From: Neoechinorhynchus agilis
Lineage: Eukaryota; Animalia; Acanthocephala
Assembly: GCA_051530055.1 (NCBI GenBank)
Contig: CM121341.1
Span: 12,316,784-12,380,783 of the forward strand
Reading direction: 5' to 3'
DNA length: 64,000 nucleotides
Below, one piece after another: positions 25,451 to 38,879 of this stretch. Position 1 is the first letter of the stretch. Every line of letters begins with the position of its first letter. A model generated the notes under the pieces. It made no database searches, was not told the origin of the DNA, and saw nothing but the letters and a program-made list of their open reading frames with translations. A program made the position numbers and the translations under genes.

Positions 25451-27325
25451 TAACCTACGCCCGTGTGGTTGGGTGTTCGTGAGTCATCTCCGCGCCGCTA
25501 CAACCGTCGCATTCACGCGATGCCCGAGACCTGTTCAAGTGGCTATGAAGCGTAATGAGAGTTTGCACTCCCCTTCACTCACGTAGGGTTCACCCATTCG
25601 GCAAAGTGAACGCGCACAACCCTACCGTCAGCAAAACCACATTCACAAAAAGTACCCACCACAAGCACCAGTGCTCTCCTTTAAAAACGAGGACTGACTC
25701 ACCGACAGACACACACAACCAGCGTCGCCAACCATAACAACTGGCCCACTAACGAATGGTTTATGTGGCAATAAATCTTCGTTAAATCCTCAGTGGTCAG
25801 TTAAATCGCCTACGAGTACTTAGACCAGCGTCCTTCATTCCATGTTGTTTTTTCTTTTTCGACCCACCACCTCTAGCCGCAACTATGAGTGTAGACCTAC
25901 CCAACGAGCTGTACATTTAAAAGGGCACACAGGAGGACATGTGCTCTGGAGGGCACTGAGAAGGGAAAAGAAGACATGTATCTTTCATTCACCTCACTCA
26001 CCATATCCCACTGACCTTTCATTAGGATAGGTAAGGAGAAGCGAGCTTCGTTGATGAAGCTCAAATGGATTACTCGGACTTTTTTAAACTTAATTTTACC
26101 AATTTTTGTACTTAAAAAACTAGGTCTCTATTAATTCACCGTTTATTCTCACAATTTTCTACACCGACAACCAAAAATCTAATAAGTATGATGAAAAATT
26201 GTAAACAAAACTTTGTCGCATATAAAAGCTATTCTATAATGCTTGTTCGAAATATTAAATCAACATTGGAATACTTTTTAGAACTTTTTATATTTTAAAA
26301 AATTATTAGCTGTATGCAAATTCGGGAGAGAAGACCTTAAGACACGGTGAAAAAGTTCCGGTCAGTTATTCTAGTCGATATGTACAAACCTCCTCTGATT
26401 ACCACACGCGCTTTGGCATGAACAAGTTGAATTGGTCCTTAAGCCGCTAGGGGAGGAGTCAAAGCGCTTGGTAAATGGTAGGTAGAATGGTTAGTTTTTT
26501 GGTATGATGGACAACACACTGGTTAGGTAAGGTCAATACGTTGGAGATACTTACCTGCGCGATGACCTCATGGCTTAGACCTACCGCAAAGTGTACCTCG
26601 ATTTTTTACCTGAGCAGATTTGTCGATTCGAGACAGGTCTGAAGGTCGCTGCTTTGAGTGGTCGTTGACCTCCGCGGGTTTTTTTAATTCGAGCTCTATT
26701 TTTTAACATTTGACCGGTCCGTATAGTTCAAGGCCATTGAAAGGTTGGTGTTAAAGTGGATTTGTTTTTAAATCCGAGTGTCGCCTAAAAATGGGAACAA
26801 TTAGAAAACTCTTGAAACGTTCATTGGGACTTAGAAAAACGGTTCTTCCCTAGAGAGAATAAGCATCGGTAATGGAGCTGGGCTAAGATAACTAAATTAG
26901 CGAGCTGTGAGTAGACTGTCATTAGAATTGTTTAAGATCTGAAATTTTTTACGCTCGGTATTTTACCCGGGTTCACGAAGACGTTGGCATGGTTTTTTCT
27001 TCTGACAAAACCTTGGGGGACAACAGTGTTCTTTGAATGAGGAGGACCTTGAAACCGAAAGTTATAACGAAGCGAGCTCCCGGATTTTTGGTGGATGCTA
27101 CAAGATACGCATAATAAAAGTCCTATTGTCTCACCTTGATTGGTTGCAAGTATTGGTCGCGGTTGGCCATCGATCCCGAGTGCACATACTCCGGCAAAAA
27201 ATCTCTCTTTCGAGGAGCCTTGTCTCTCTCCCCTTCGTATGCAGCATGTTCTTTAAAGACGAGAGAGAAGGTCCTGCACCATAGTGTGCATGTGCAGACG
27301 CCAGCAGTCGGAAAATAACGCAGCA

Positions 27326-27900
27326 CTAGCTGCTGCTGCCGCTACCGCTTGACGTCTGGCTGCTTTTTTTTCGCCACGTTACCACAACAGCCAGCGCCAG
27401 CGCCAGCGCCGCCACCACCACCGCCACCATCACCCATACTGCACATTCTGCACGCACACTGAGAGATAGACTGCGGTGGTGGTGGTGGTGGTGGTGGCGC
27501 TGGCTGTTGTGGGTGGCAGAAGAGTGTATTCTGCCGCATGTGAAGGAGACAGAGCCGCTGTCTCCTTGCAACGTTTTTCGTTGGGTGCTTTTATGCACAT
27601 GACGAGAACGTCGCCCTCCGCTGGCATCGCTTCTGCGTGTGGAGATGGTCTGACACTGAACACCGACCGCATAGGAGCGAGACGCGCAGCCGTCGCCGCC
27701 GCCGTCGTCGGAGGAGGAGGAGGAGGGGGAGGGGAGGAGGAAGGTTACCCCGTAGCGATGGAGACAATGGAGCTTCGGAAAAAGACGAGTCTCGTATACA
27801 TGTGCCGCGTTTAGTGGTGGTGGTGGTGGTGGTGGTGGTGGCACCGCCGCAGCCGCCGCCATCACCACGGCGAATGTGCACGCTCATGCATAAAAAATAG
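27326..27900. repeat. GC-rich island of triplet microsatellites (GGT/ACC, GCC, GGA, CAG) upstream of BCL11
   Basis: Runs of (ggt)n, (gcc)n, (gga)n and (ccagcg)n in an otherwise AT-rich window. Confidence 0.85.
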
Positions 27901-30900
27901 AGCGCTCGCTTCTCGTTTCATCGCCGCTGATTGGCTGCTGAGTTTCGAGGAGATGTGCTGGCTGATGTACACGAGAAACGACGACATGCACAGGTTGAAC
28001 AGTGCACGCACGCACACACATAAGGCGAGAAGATGCTGTCTTCGGCTCAAGGACGCCGTCGCTAACCTTGATAGAAGATGGATTTACACACGCGGATTTT
28101 TGGGAACCGAGGCATGGATGCGTTCTCTGGTACTGGTCTTGTACACCAAAATGGCTACTCTGTTTTTTGTAGCGTTTTTTGTTACATAACATTGACAAGA
28201 CCAGCGTACGCTCTTCTATGTGTGCTCTACACCCTCATCCACCCGCTAGCAGGCGGCCAATACAGAAGCCCTTAGTCCCTTCCTTTTTATTATACATACA
28301 CCCCGAGCAAATGCGATCAGCAGAACAGCAGCAACAACAGCAGAAAAGCACTACAGCCACACTGATAAAAAAAAGAGAAAATGTGGCAGAATCTTAATGT
28401 TGACCGCGCTCGGGCATATTTTAAATAAAAAAAACCTTGGTCCTGAAATGCCATAGCCAAGATGAAAAAAAGACATTTGCACATCCGGGACCTATGACAT
28501 TTGTACAACAGATACCGACCATGACCTACTCTTTAATCGGACTCGGTCCAACAAGTTTTATCGGATCCTTTAGATGAGATGTGTTTAAAACATATATGCC
28601 GGAAGATTACCTGGGATTTGTGTTGCGCAATAGAACCGCCGATTTCTTTAAGAGGAAAAAATTAATTGGTTTACGCCTCGAGTCCAATTTCTAAAAGTAA
28701 CACTTTAAAAAACCGATCTTGGTTACTTTAGGCAATTTCACTTTAATTCCTATTGGTTGACTAAAGCAGCCAATCACATTTCATTTTGGGCTGGTTGAAA
28801 TCAATGAAGAAACTTAAGCTAGAAAAACAATGAAAGTGTGTAGGTAGATCAAATTCGAAAAAGCACTAACACAGTCAAGGTCAAATGAGCTCAATCATTT
28901 CAAAAAATTCTATAAAATTAGAAAATATTCTCCTGCTTTGTCGTGATTTCCCCCGAGAAATAGATGTTGAGTGTACATTAAAGCCTCTAGGGTATGGCGA
29001 TTCTAATGTATCACCTTAGAAGTAATTTCGGAATCGAATAACGTCTTCTACGGCGGAACGGAGGGTATGTTCATAGAAGAAAGAGTTATTTGCTACATAA
29101 GAGAATCTGTAGGACCATATACTCGTATGTACATAACTTTCCTGGGCTGTTCACGGGAACCCCTACGCTAGGGTCTTTATTGTTGGGAAATGCTCCCAAA
29201 ACATGGCTGTCCAAAGGGAAATAGGCCATATTTCCTTACAGAACAGAAATGACTATATGAGAATTTTTATACCTATCAAAATCGCCAATAAAGTATATGC
29301 TGATTTAAATTTTTAATGGAAAGGGGAACTAAGCAGTTTGTACAATTGTTAACCACCCACTCACCAATGTTGCGCCATGATTATATTCTTCATCTATCAC
29401 CTCTATCTATAATGAGTATACATGATCGAAAGTAGGGGAACGTGCTTTTAACGTTTAGACCGATCCCTGTCCAATGTGATTATTTGCTATGTTTTCCACT
29501 ATTTGTGTGTAATTGATTAACGAAGCTAAATTTACAAATATCCTGAGGTCATTAGCCAAATGCTTCATTGATAATTGGTCACACCTAAGCCGGAATTTTA
29601 TATTGTACTCACCGTTTTTTAAACCTGCAAATTCATAATCGTAGGTAAATCTACAACAAACAAAAGTCTAAAAACGTGTTTAAACAACGATTAAGCCCAT
29701 CAAATCTTGGCTCCAGATTGATGTAAAGATCCGGTTTAAGTGTAAGTTACATGGCACTATTAACAATGCATCGTCACTACACAAATGGGAATTCATTTCC
29801 GTATTGACCGGACTTAAGATATTCCAAGAAAGTGGTTTATACCTTTTCTCATGGGATATACAGTATACAATACGCGCCCATCGCAACTTCGATCGTTAAG
29901 GCGTCGACGATTCTTGCCTTTAGAAAGGATATAGCGATTGAACATACCTGAAATTCTATGAGCGCAAGCTTATGTACATAATTCCTGTAACAAAATATTG
30001 TGTTGATAATTATTTGAGAATTGAGTTGTTAATTTCGAATACACTGATTTGTAGTTATTGATTTCAATATAGTGCCTTTTATTGGTCAATAGAGAAGTCA
30101 TGCTGAATTTATATCCATACGCGAAGACTTCATTTGGAAGCGTCTTAGTGTCCTTTTTTTCTGGAATTATAGAGTTTTATATATATTTTAAGATGGAAAA
30201 TAAGCAAAGGGATTTTAGAGAAGTGGTCAATAGGAGTCTAGTCTATTCAGTTGTAATAGAGGATTAAACCAGAGCGTTAAAAACACACAAACGACGAAGA
30301 AGGACGTAGTGTTCACGAGTGAATACGTAGCGGTGAGCCGTTAGTAGGGTGTGAAGCATTCGGTCTTTTATAGACGAGCTAAAACGCTTTAGAATATACA
30401 TAAGTTTTTAAATTAAAACCTCCTCACTTGTGAGCTGTTAAACTTATTGACAGTGGGCATAGATATTCAGGATAGGTTGCCCTTGTGAACCGTCTAGTCC
30501 GGATCGTTATTCACGAGCGACATAGATGGTTGATGTAGGGTGTTCGTGTGAGCAAGTGAAGTACAACGGCGCCTTTTATACTCCGGATGAGTGCAAACAA
30601 ATGAGTTGTGTTCGCTATCTCTCGCCATATACATGAGTATGGCTAGCTGGAACTGTTTACCTAGTCTACCCTGTAAACACCAATACAACGACCTTTGGAT
30701 TGCTTTTGAGCTGATCTCATGTCATCACAACACGAGTTTTAGTGAGCAAAACACTCTACGAAATTGGTTGAGTCGTCCAAATATGCGACAGGGAGTATGA
30801 TTGCGTTTTAGAACAGGGCGCATCCTAGAAATGGGCCAGTGTCCGCATTTGAACTCAATGCGAGCTGATATGCTGCGTATGTAACGGAAATACGAGTTCT

Positions 30901-33900
30901 TTAACCGCTTTCCATTGATTGGTTTGATTCTTAAATAGGGAATATCTTAGTGTCATTCTCATTGCCGAATTAAACAAACATACCCGAAGACTGTTAGATG
31001 GTAGTCATTAGCTAATGGCTTGACAAGTTCAACTAAATTGATTTAATCAAACGCAGATGCCGTGCCATAAAAAAAGAAGCCAGTTAATAAATTCTTTAAA
31101 GCAGTTTTTGTATTTAGGATTGGGTGTAGCACTGTAAATTGTGTGTGATAAGTTTGCTTAAATCCGTAACTCAATGAGCATGTATCCAATGAACGAGATA
31201 TTGGGAAATCATTATGATTGCTTATTACTCATAATAAAAGAAATATAATCTTTAAAGCTTCAGAAAAGCCTAAATGAACATTTATAGCTGCACTTTACTT
31301 ACTTTTAGAGTGTTTACAGTTTCACCGGTATATTCGATACCGAAGCAGATAACCCACCGCTGAGAAACAAGCTCTTAAACTGTTAACAGATGAACGGGTG
31401 ATGGGAAATGAAATGATGTACCTAACTTTAACGACTTTTGACCTTGAAAAGCTGCCTTAAGAACATCTTTTATGGCTTAAGTAAAATAAAAATCATTTCG
31501 AACTTCTTGATCTCAATAAAAAGTAAATCTTTAGATCATTATCGTCATGAAATCCTCGATCCTGGCAAAACAGAAAAGTGAATAACGACGAAATTAACTC
31601 ACTAAAACTTTAATACTACCCTCTTTCATCATTTACGCTTACTCACTGACCCTCCGATAGCCATTGGTATCAACTTGTACGCCATTCGTGACCACGTTAA
31701 CAATATGAAAATGGAAAAATTAACTGAGTGGTCTATAGCGTCCCTTCTTCGACTGAAATATGCTATGCGAAAGCGGACTTGAAATATGGACACGTATGAA
31801 ATATTTCTATCTTCATTGAAACTAGATTCATAGCTGTCCATGTGGTGTTGGAAACGTGATGATCCCGTAGCCTTGCTTGGCAGCCGCATTTCAGTTTTCA
31901 TTTTCAAAGATAAACATACGTGTGTAGTTTGATGGACTGTGTAATAAAAGATTTAGTCCATCTTCAGGGGCACGTATTCCGGTATGACAGGTTTCTCTTT
32001 GGTTTCTCTTTGGTTTCTCAGGTTAAAGTGTTTAGAAGGGAACTCGAGGTCAGAAGGATGTGAATTTAGACCGATTACAATATCCATTGCTTCAACGTAC
32101 TTTAAGCAATTTTTGGAAACGATAATAGAATGTTATGTGCAATCTCGAACTCTTTTAGGAACGGCATGATGAACAATTATCGGTAAATTACTTCATTTCG
32201 TCGATACTTTTGTTTTAGCCTTCGTTAATGGCATCAGTAATTTTATGTAAAAATATTTCTCAACTCTCATACGAATGAGTTTTCGTTTTTGTTACGAATG
32301 GTGTTAATTTTGCGAATTTTTAGGAACACAATAGAATTGATTTTGATTGGGTTTTCAATACCACGAATGATATTTTTCACAAAGATGTGGGTTGTCTTCA
32401 ATTAAATTTTGAAGACATGTGATTCTTTGCATGTGAGGATTGCTTATTGGACGAAAATATGATATCGTTATTCCTTTAAAATTCTGAAATAGATTTAGCT
32501 ATGCTCGACTTTTAGTCTTTCGTTCACGACGAATGAAATGGTTTTATACAGACACAAAATTTCCATTAATCTTTATAAAAAATGAGTGCGAGACCAAAAA
32601 GCATGCACTGCGGAAAACTGAAGGTGAATAAATTTCAGTGCGAAAACTGTTGCGGGATTAAGTAAGATATTTTGATTTCCAACCTTTAAAGCAACATACA
32701 AGATTAAAAGAAATCGCAAATAGAAAGCCTTTTGGATCATTTCAAATTCGTTTTTATAAAGCAGTGCGATACTCTTGTAAATAATGAATTTTTTATTCAA
32801 AGGTGGAATTTTTTCTACTAAGAAATTACCGAAGTGCTCCATGAGCGTATGACAATTATGCTACCTTCCATTTTTTATGCTGACATTTAAATATTCAATA
32901 GTTAAGTACTCTGTCGAAAAAATTTCAAGATTTCATATTCTTAAAGAGCAGCTCGATTTCTATTTAATAAAAGATAACAACATTAAGATTATATTCAATA
33001 GATTTAGGAAAATGTATGAACGTGTTCCCCCGAAAAATTCCAATTAGAACCGACATTTCACAAAAATTATATTATCAACGCAATTTTTCATTAGGTATAC
33101 ATTGGAAAGTCATACATATTCTAACTGCACTACGATTTAAAAGTATCGTAATTCAATGTTAACATCCACGAAAAAATGAATGATGAACATTATATTAATC
33201 GTAATATCCTGCACTAAGAAAAAAAATTGGTAAGTTATCGAATCAAAAGAAAATCTTAACGTCGAAAATTTTCTTTGAATTTTGCATAAAGCCGTGTATA
33301 TAAAAAGATTATTTTTATTAAATGAGTTCAACTTCTTAATTTTGGCTTTTGTTTCTAAAATTTATAATTACAAAAATAGACATTTATTGCGCATGTGATA
33401 AAAAGTCAAAAATCGATATAAAAATCTAAACGCATATTGATAATGACCATGACTATTTTAGTTATTTACTTCAACTGATTGCTTGTTCTGAAATATGTGT
33501 TACTTTAGCTTTGAACATATAAAAACCACATCTTATAGACTATCCATCCACAATAATTCTCGTTTTCGGCCTGTTTCACAGCCTAGCACGAACGTCCTGG
33601 AACTGTGACTGAATTTGAGTAGACAAGGTTATCTCTCCTTCTCATTTCTTCATACGTGACTCCAAAGGAATATTGACTACTAGCAATGGCTGGCTTACGT
33701 CTTTTTACACTGCCATACACCCATCACCTTTCTGACTAGAAACATCTAACTTATAGTCCTCGCTCCAGGCAATTTCTCCAACTCCCAGTAAAATGGCTAA
33801 GAAAGGTAAGAGCGCGAATTGCTGACCGACTAAAATCACTTGACTGAAAGCGTCTCACTGTGAGACTTTCCTTGGTCTAGAAGATAAAGAGGCGTACGTA

Positions 33901-34017
33901 AGCGTTGTATTTTTACACCCATTTTTTACTTACCTTGAAACTTATCCACCTCCTTGACTCTAAAAAGCTAACATCATCTCTCTCTTCGTGAATTTCATAG
34001 TATCAAAAAAATATATT

Positions 34018-34743
34018 ATGAATGCCGAACATTCCGAAAACGTAACAAAGAACGAAATCGTTGAAATTCTCAAACTACTCACGCCTCAAAATCTCAAGTT
34101 TGTGCTTTCCATAACAAGAGATTTGTCACGGAGAAAGTCACCAGCGACATTCATGTGTTCATGTGGTCGATCATTCACATCATTAGACATGTCAGTTGCA
34201 TTTTCGGATTATCAATCGAACATGTTCACGCCTATGGACAGCCCTAAGAGCGCACCCTGGTTAAATCTATCATCTTGGCCACCTGATTTATCTCAAATGG
34301 AACGGGCAATGAAACGGAAAAATGTTGAAGAACAAGTTCTAAAAAATTCCATTGAGCCTGATGAAGTGCACGTAAAAGTTCCAAAAGTATCTGCATCTCC
34401 TACCATTTTAACAGTTAATGAGCCTTCAGCCAATCCTCGTAAAGAAACGAACAGAGTCGACGCGGAAAATAATAAAGATGTCCTGGATGTTCCACAGGAA
34501 AGAAACGAGAGTCATAAGAAGATGAAATATTTGTCGAAGTATTTAAGCAGTTGGGAATCGGAATTCAATTTACATGGGGTAAAGTTTTTAACTCGTGGTA
34601 AAGACGACGGTTTCGCTTATTGTACTCTCTGCACTCGAGATATTCTTATCAAACACATGGGTAAATCAGCAATTGTTCAGCACGTCAGTGGACGCGCTCA
34701 CATAAATAATTTCGAGCGAGCTAAGAAATTGCTGAAACAGTAG
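34018..34743 (+). CDS. Single-exon protein with C-terminal BED-like / hAT-transposase-type zinc finger
   Basis: Intact ORF ending in KY..SWE.EF..VKFL....AYCTLC.RDI.I.H.GKS.I.QH...RAH; no transposase catalytic domain follows. Confidence 0.7.
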   Translation: MNAEHSENVTKNEIVEILKLLTPQNLKFVLSITRDLSRRKSPATFMCSCGRSFTSLDMSVAFSDYQSNMFTPMDSPKSAPWLNLSSWPPDLSQMERAMKRKNVEEQVLKNSIEPDEVHVKVPKVSASPTILTVNEPSANPRKETNRVDAENNKDVLDVPQERNESHKKMKYLSKYLSSWESEFNLHGVKFLTRGKDDGFAYCTLCTRDILIKHMGKSAIVQHVSGRAHINNFERAKKLLKQ

Positions 34744-35901
34744 ATTTTTACAATAAAAAGATTGCCGCATACGGGGTTGTATGAGATCTAGTTTCACTTT
34801 ATAAAGTCGAGATCGTTAGTCTTGAATGGCCCGAAGGCACCCACTGATAATAAGGACGTATTTAGAATACCTGCACACAACCTCCTGTAAATGGTCAACG
34901 AGTTGGTCTCTCATTCCCCTGAAATTTGCGTCTTATTCATAGATAGGATACTTTGCAATAACCATAAAGCAAAATATTCTTTGATGAGTTAAGAAACAGC
35001 TTCTGCTGTGAATATTATTGGCCTGCTTGATGAGAAATAATATAACTAATTTTCAATGTCTTCAAGATTAATGCTTAGCCACAAAAATCCTTTTTATGCG
35101 AATGCGTTATCCCTGCTGATCAGTCGTGTACAAATTTATGCTGATTTCAAATAAAGAAAATCATTTCAGTTCACGAGATGATATTGTAAATTGGGATGAT
35201 AAAAACATATGCATCTGTTAGCATGTAAAGTATAAATCTAATTGGAATAAAAGCATTATAATGTTTAATTTTGCAATAGAATCGCATTTTATGAGCCGAT
35301 TATCTTAGGGCGGTATAATCGTTTACTCGGGCTTATATTAATCGATGCAAGTCTATAACCGAGAAAATCTTCTCGTCGTAAAGTTAGTTTGATGCATTTT
35401 TTCAAGGCCAAGTCAATTTAAAGTATTAGGTGTTCGATCAAAGTTATAGAAATCAGTCCTCCACATTTCTTCGAAATTAATGGATATAAAAAATCAAGTA
35501 ATTGAAATAATTCTGCAACATTCCGTAAGCTATACTATAAAGATCAACTGCCAATGAATAAGAGTTATATAACTGATGAGAATTTTCTTTTAGTAAATAC
35601 CAAATATTAGCCGAATTTTTATACTACTTTTACTCAAATACAGCCTTATACTCTTTAATTAGTAACAATTTGATCTAAGACAAGTCTCATCACTTCGCAG
35701 AGCATAAGCACTATTCTGTGCTCACTTTTTCAAAACTTTAGATCGTTTAGTGTTAGAAATGCCACATTTAAATTGAACTCGGGTATAACCATCATGTAAA
35801 ATGTCTCTTAAACAGATTCATATGAACATTGAAATTCTTTTTACAACGTTAAGTAAGCTTCCAGGGTCGCCTAACCATCCAATCATGACAAAAATTGTAA
35901 T

Positions 35902-36267
35902 TTACGAGCGCAATAATTCATTTCTCATGCTCAATTTTTTTCTGCATTCAACCAATCTATTTTCCTCCTCTGCAATCATTTTTGCTATCAATCTGTCTGC
36001 ATCATCAAATCTTTCCTGAAATTCTGACCAAAGAACAGGCCCACTTGACAGCTCAATATCCATAACTTGCATAAATTCATTTATTCCTATGATGAAATCG
36101 CTATTTTCCCCCCTTTGTTTCGCACTTGTCGCAAATTTCTGAATCTCCATTAATGCTCCACAAACGCCATCAAACACTATAGGTCTTTTCCATTCTTCAG
36201 CAAACTTCTCCTTTGACCTTGTAAGGTCAATCTGTTTGTCTGTAGAGATTATCAGAATAGCTGTCAC
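35902..36267 (-). CDS. Hypothetical coiled-coil protein exon
   Basis: Open frame with acceptor ctctacag| near its start, donor TC|GTAAAT near its end and a helical C-terminal part; family not recognised. Confidence 0.5.
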   Translation of the reverse strand: MTAILIISTDKQIDLTRSKEKFAEEWKRPIVFDGVCGALMEIQKFATSAKQRGENSDFIIGINEFMQVMDIELSSGPVLWSEFQERFDDADRLIAKMIAEEENRLVECRKKLSMRNELLRS

Positions 36268-36701
36268 GAGGCGAAATTATGAAACAGAACAATGCAGATG
36301 AGAAGAAAGTTTACAAACGTTTTAAAAGTGCACTTTGGTGAATAACAGTTTCGAAATTTAAGCGCATTCCTTTTTGGGAATCGCGATCATGAATGTTTTA
36401 TCATTCATACAAAAAATTGAATGCACTAACGAACAATGGTATTCACTACACTTAAATTGTGAATTAAATATATTTTAGGGACGGCGGTGCTATTTTAAGC
36501 CAAAGAAACTGATTGTTCCATAAAATTGAACGTCGTTATTTTTAAAGATTAACTGGCGATATTCAAACGAATAACTCGCATAATTATTTGTAATGAAAAC
36601 ATGAATGTTAAAAAAATTGCCATTAAAATAAACTTTCCATGGTCCTTGTAGGACGAGTGCTTTGGAATCTTAACTAATCTGCACTAAAAATCTAGACTAC
36701 T

Positions 36702-37553
36702 TTAAAGCCAAACATACAATTTGATAGCTATCACTCGTTCTGGTACTTCCGATGACTCAATATTGCTCGATTTCGATATTTCACTAGACTCGTCCTCGTC
36801 CAAGAGCTGGAATCCATTCGGCTTTGCGCTCAGCAAAAAGACCGGCATACCGGGGGAGTACTTAATGAACATTTGTGCTGCTCTGTTATCAGTGTATTTA
36901 TTCATGACCTTATTTTCTAGGTTTAAGGCTTCGCAGAACGAGCTCCCGTCGGTCGCATTTGGATCAATAAAAAATCGATAGGGACGCGCCGTTTTGGTTC
37001 CATACAAGAACTCCATAGGCGATTTGAGCATCCGATCGAGCGCAGTAGAATGAATTAAAAGTTCCTCTCGTTCAAAAAAAGGATTCAACTTATTCATGTC
37101 CACGGTCATCGATGGTCCGCGGTTAGATGTCACCATGAACGTCTTTAATATATTGTCCACTCCAATTGGATTAATGTACCCATTATGAAGTCTATCATAC
37201 TTCTCGACGTCTAATCTAGAAGGAATGCTGGTAAAAAACGCGTTACGCCTGAATAATCTTCGAAAAATGTTTTTATAGAACTGTAAATTGAGCGGTTTAG
37301 TGATAGGAAATTTTTGTAGCAAATCCACGACTGATCGCGTCCTTTCAATACCTGCCAATGCCAGTGGTAAAATTGTTGTTTCGAGCTGATCAGTATACTC
37401 CTTTTCACTTATTGAGTCCAATTTCGATGTGGTCCTACTTACAATGGATGGTGAAGACTGCAATGAAAGTTGCTCGAAAAATTCGTAATTAGACGCATCT
37501 CGACTGAAATGATTTTCTTTAAGGAAAATGTCCTCGCGGTCTGATGGCAGCAT
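36702..37553 (-). CDS. Hypothetical 283-aa protein
   Basis: ATG-initiated 852-nt ORF with globular-protein composition in AT-rich DNA; no family recognised. Confidence 0.7.
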   Translation of the reverse strand: MLPSDREDIFLKENHFSRDASNYEFFEQLSLQSSPSIVSRTTSKLDSISEKEYTDQLETTILPLALAGIERTRSVVDLLQKFPITKPLNLQFYKNIFRRLFRRNAFFTSIPSRLDVEKYDRLHNGYINPIGVDNILKTFMVTSNRGPSMTVDMNKLNPFFEREELLIHSTALDRMLKSPMEFLYGTKTARPYRFFIDPNATDGSSFCEALNLENKVMNKYTDNRAAQMFIKYSPGMPVFLLSAKPNGFQLLDEDESSEISKSSNIESSEVPERVIAIKLYVWL

Positions 37554-38049
37554 GCCCTAATAAAAGTATTTCACAATTAGAACTCGATGTTGCCATGGAA
37601 ACGCTAATTAAATGTCGAACGTTGATCGGTGATTTTTAAGGACAAATCTGTTTGTTCAATCATGCACAAAACTATCAAGAAGTTTCGTTCTATTTTACAA
37701 TTTTGCAATTCTGATTTTTTTTATCCTTCAATCATAGTCACACGTCTTTTCGTCCTTGAAAAACTATTGCTATTGTAAAAAATTGAAGCTCACATTATGT
37801 TGTTTTTAAGTATATGTAATATGCGTCTAAGACGAATTCCTGAGGCAATTGTCATTGAACACGAGAATATCTTCACGAACGGAATGTTGCTTCGGGTGAA
37901 TAGATGTCAATATTTTATACAGATAGATTTTCGGGCACCATGAATTGTTTATTAATTCGCAATACCTTTACGCAAATGAGAAAATTAATGGATCTAAAAC
38001 GAACTACAATCTGCAACATCAAACGAATTTCTTTATTAATAATGGAACT

Positions 38050-38180
38050 ATTGTTTAGGTCTACATCCGATAAATGATTATTTATTAAAGACGTTTCGAA
38101 CCTCGTCGGGTTCGTCACCAGTTCTAAAATACAAGTGGTTAGGAATAAATAATCATTTATCGGGTGTAGACCTAAACAAT
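38050..38180. repeat. 37-bp inverted repeat with 57-nt spacer
   Basis: attgtttaggtctacatccgataaatgattatttatt / aataaataatcatttatcgggtgtagacctaaacaat (one mismatch, G-U compatible); spacer holds cgaacc-tcgtcg-ggttcg hairpin. Confidence 0.85.
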
Positions 38181-38879
38181 AATTTCAATCACATTCCCCG
38201 GAACATCGCATATTGTCATTTATTAATAATGTTCTCGTAATCAACCTGTATCGTCCTAATTTGTAAAACCTCCGTTCGTTAGTGGGTTACTACTTGTTTC
38301 TTATGATTTGACCTGGCAAGAAATAGTTATCCTGGAGAACAAAAAGAAACGACAAAATATTTTGGAATATTTTTATATCCATATGACGCAATTTTAATCA
38401 GTCTTGAAGAAATAGCATCAAGTGGATTTGATACAAAATGTAATAGCAATTGGAAATGCACTCTCTTTGGCGTTTTAACATTTTTAACGAAAACCTCTAC
38501 TTGTACACTACGAAATTTTTATCGAAGCAGAATAAATATCGTTGTAAAGATTTTATATGATCCTTGCGTATTGTACGTTCGAATGACACAGTTATTTCAC
38601 CTTCTGAAGTACGGTCCAAAAATTGTAAACCAAAAACCTTGGTGAAATTTTGAAATAAATCATTCTCTGAATCTTGTGAAACACTTCTTAATTTTCCAAC
38701 CGCGTGATTGATCAAGTCTAAAAAATTTAATTGATATTTGGGCGGGCTACTGCAATGATGACGAAAAAATTTTATTTTCGAGCTTTCGCCGTCTTACGGC
38801 TTATTTTTGTTCACCTTGCCAGTGGGAAACGGCCTTACGCCCATGTTGGCAATGATTTTTCTCGATGATTCCCACATTT

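Noticed and set aside
26547-26690. ATACTTACCTG suggests the 5' end of U1 snRNA
   Set aside because: The downstream sequence lacks a convincing U1 four-stem layout and Sm-site position. The 11-mer is more simply the reverse complement of a CAG|GTAAGTAT donor on the BCL11 strand.
27326-27900. Multiple 80-180-aa ORFs on both strands
   Set aside because: GC-rich triplet repeats lack stops in most frames; only 27346-27539 was kept as a candidate exon.
21495-28735. Inverted tgcctaaagt 10-mers flanking BCL11, as if it were transposon-captured
   Set aside because: A 10-bp match over 7 kb of AT-rich DNA is expected by chance; no TSD or extended TIR.
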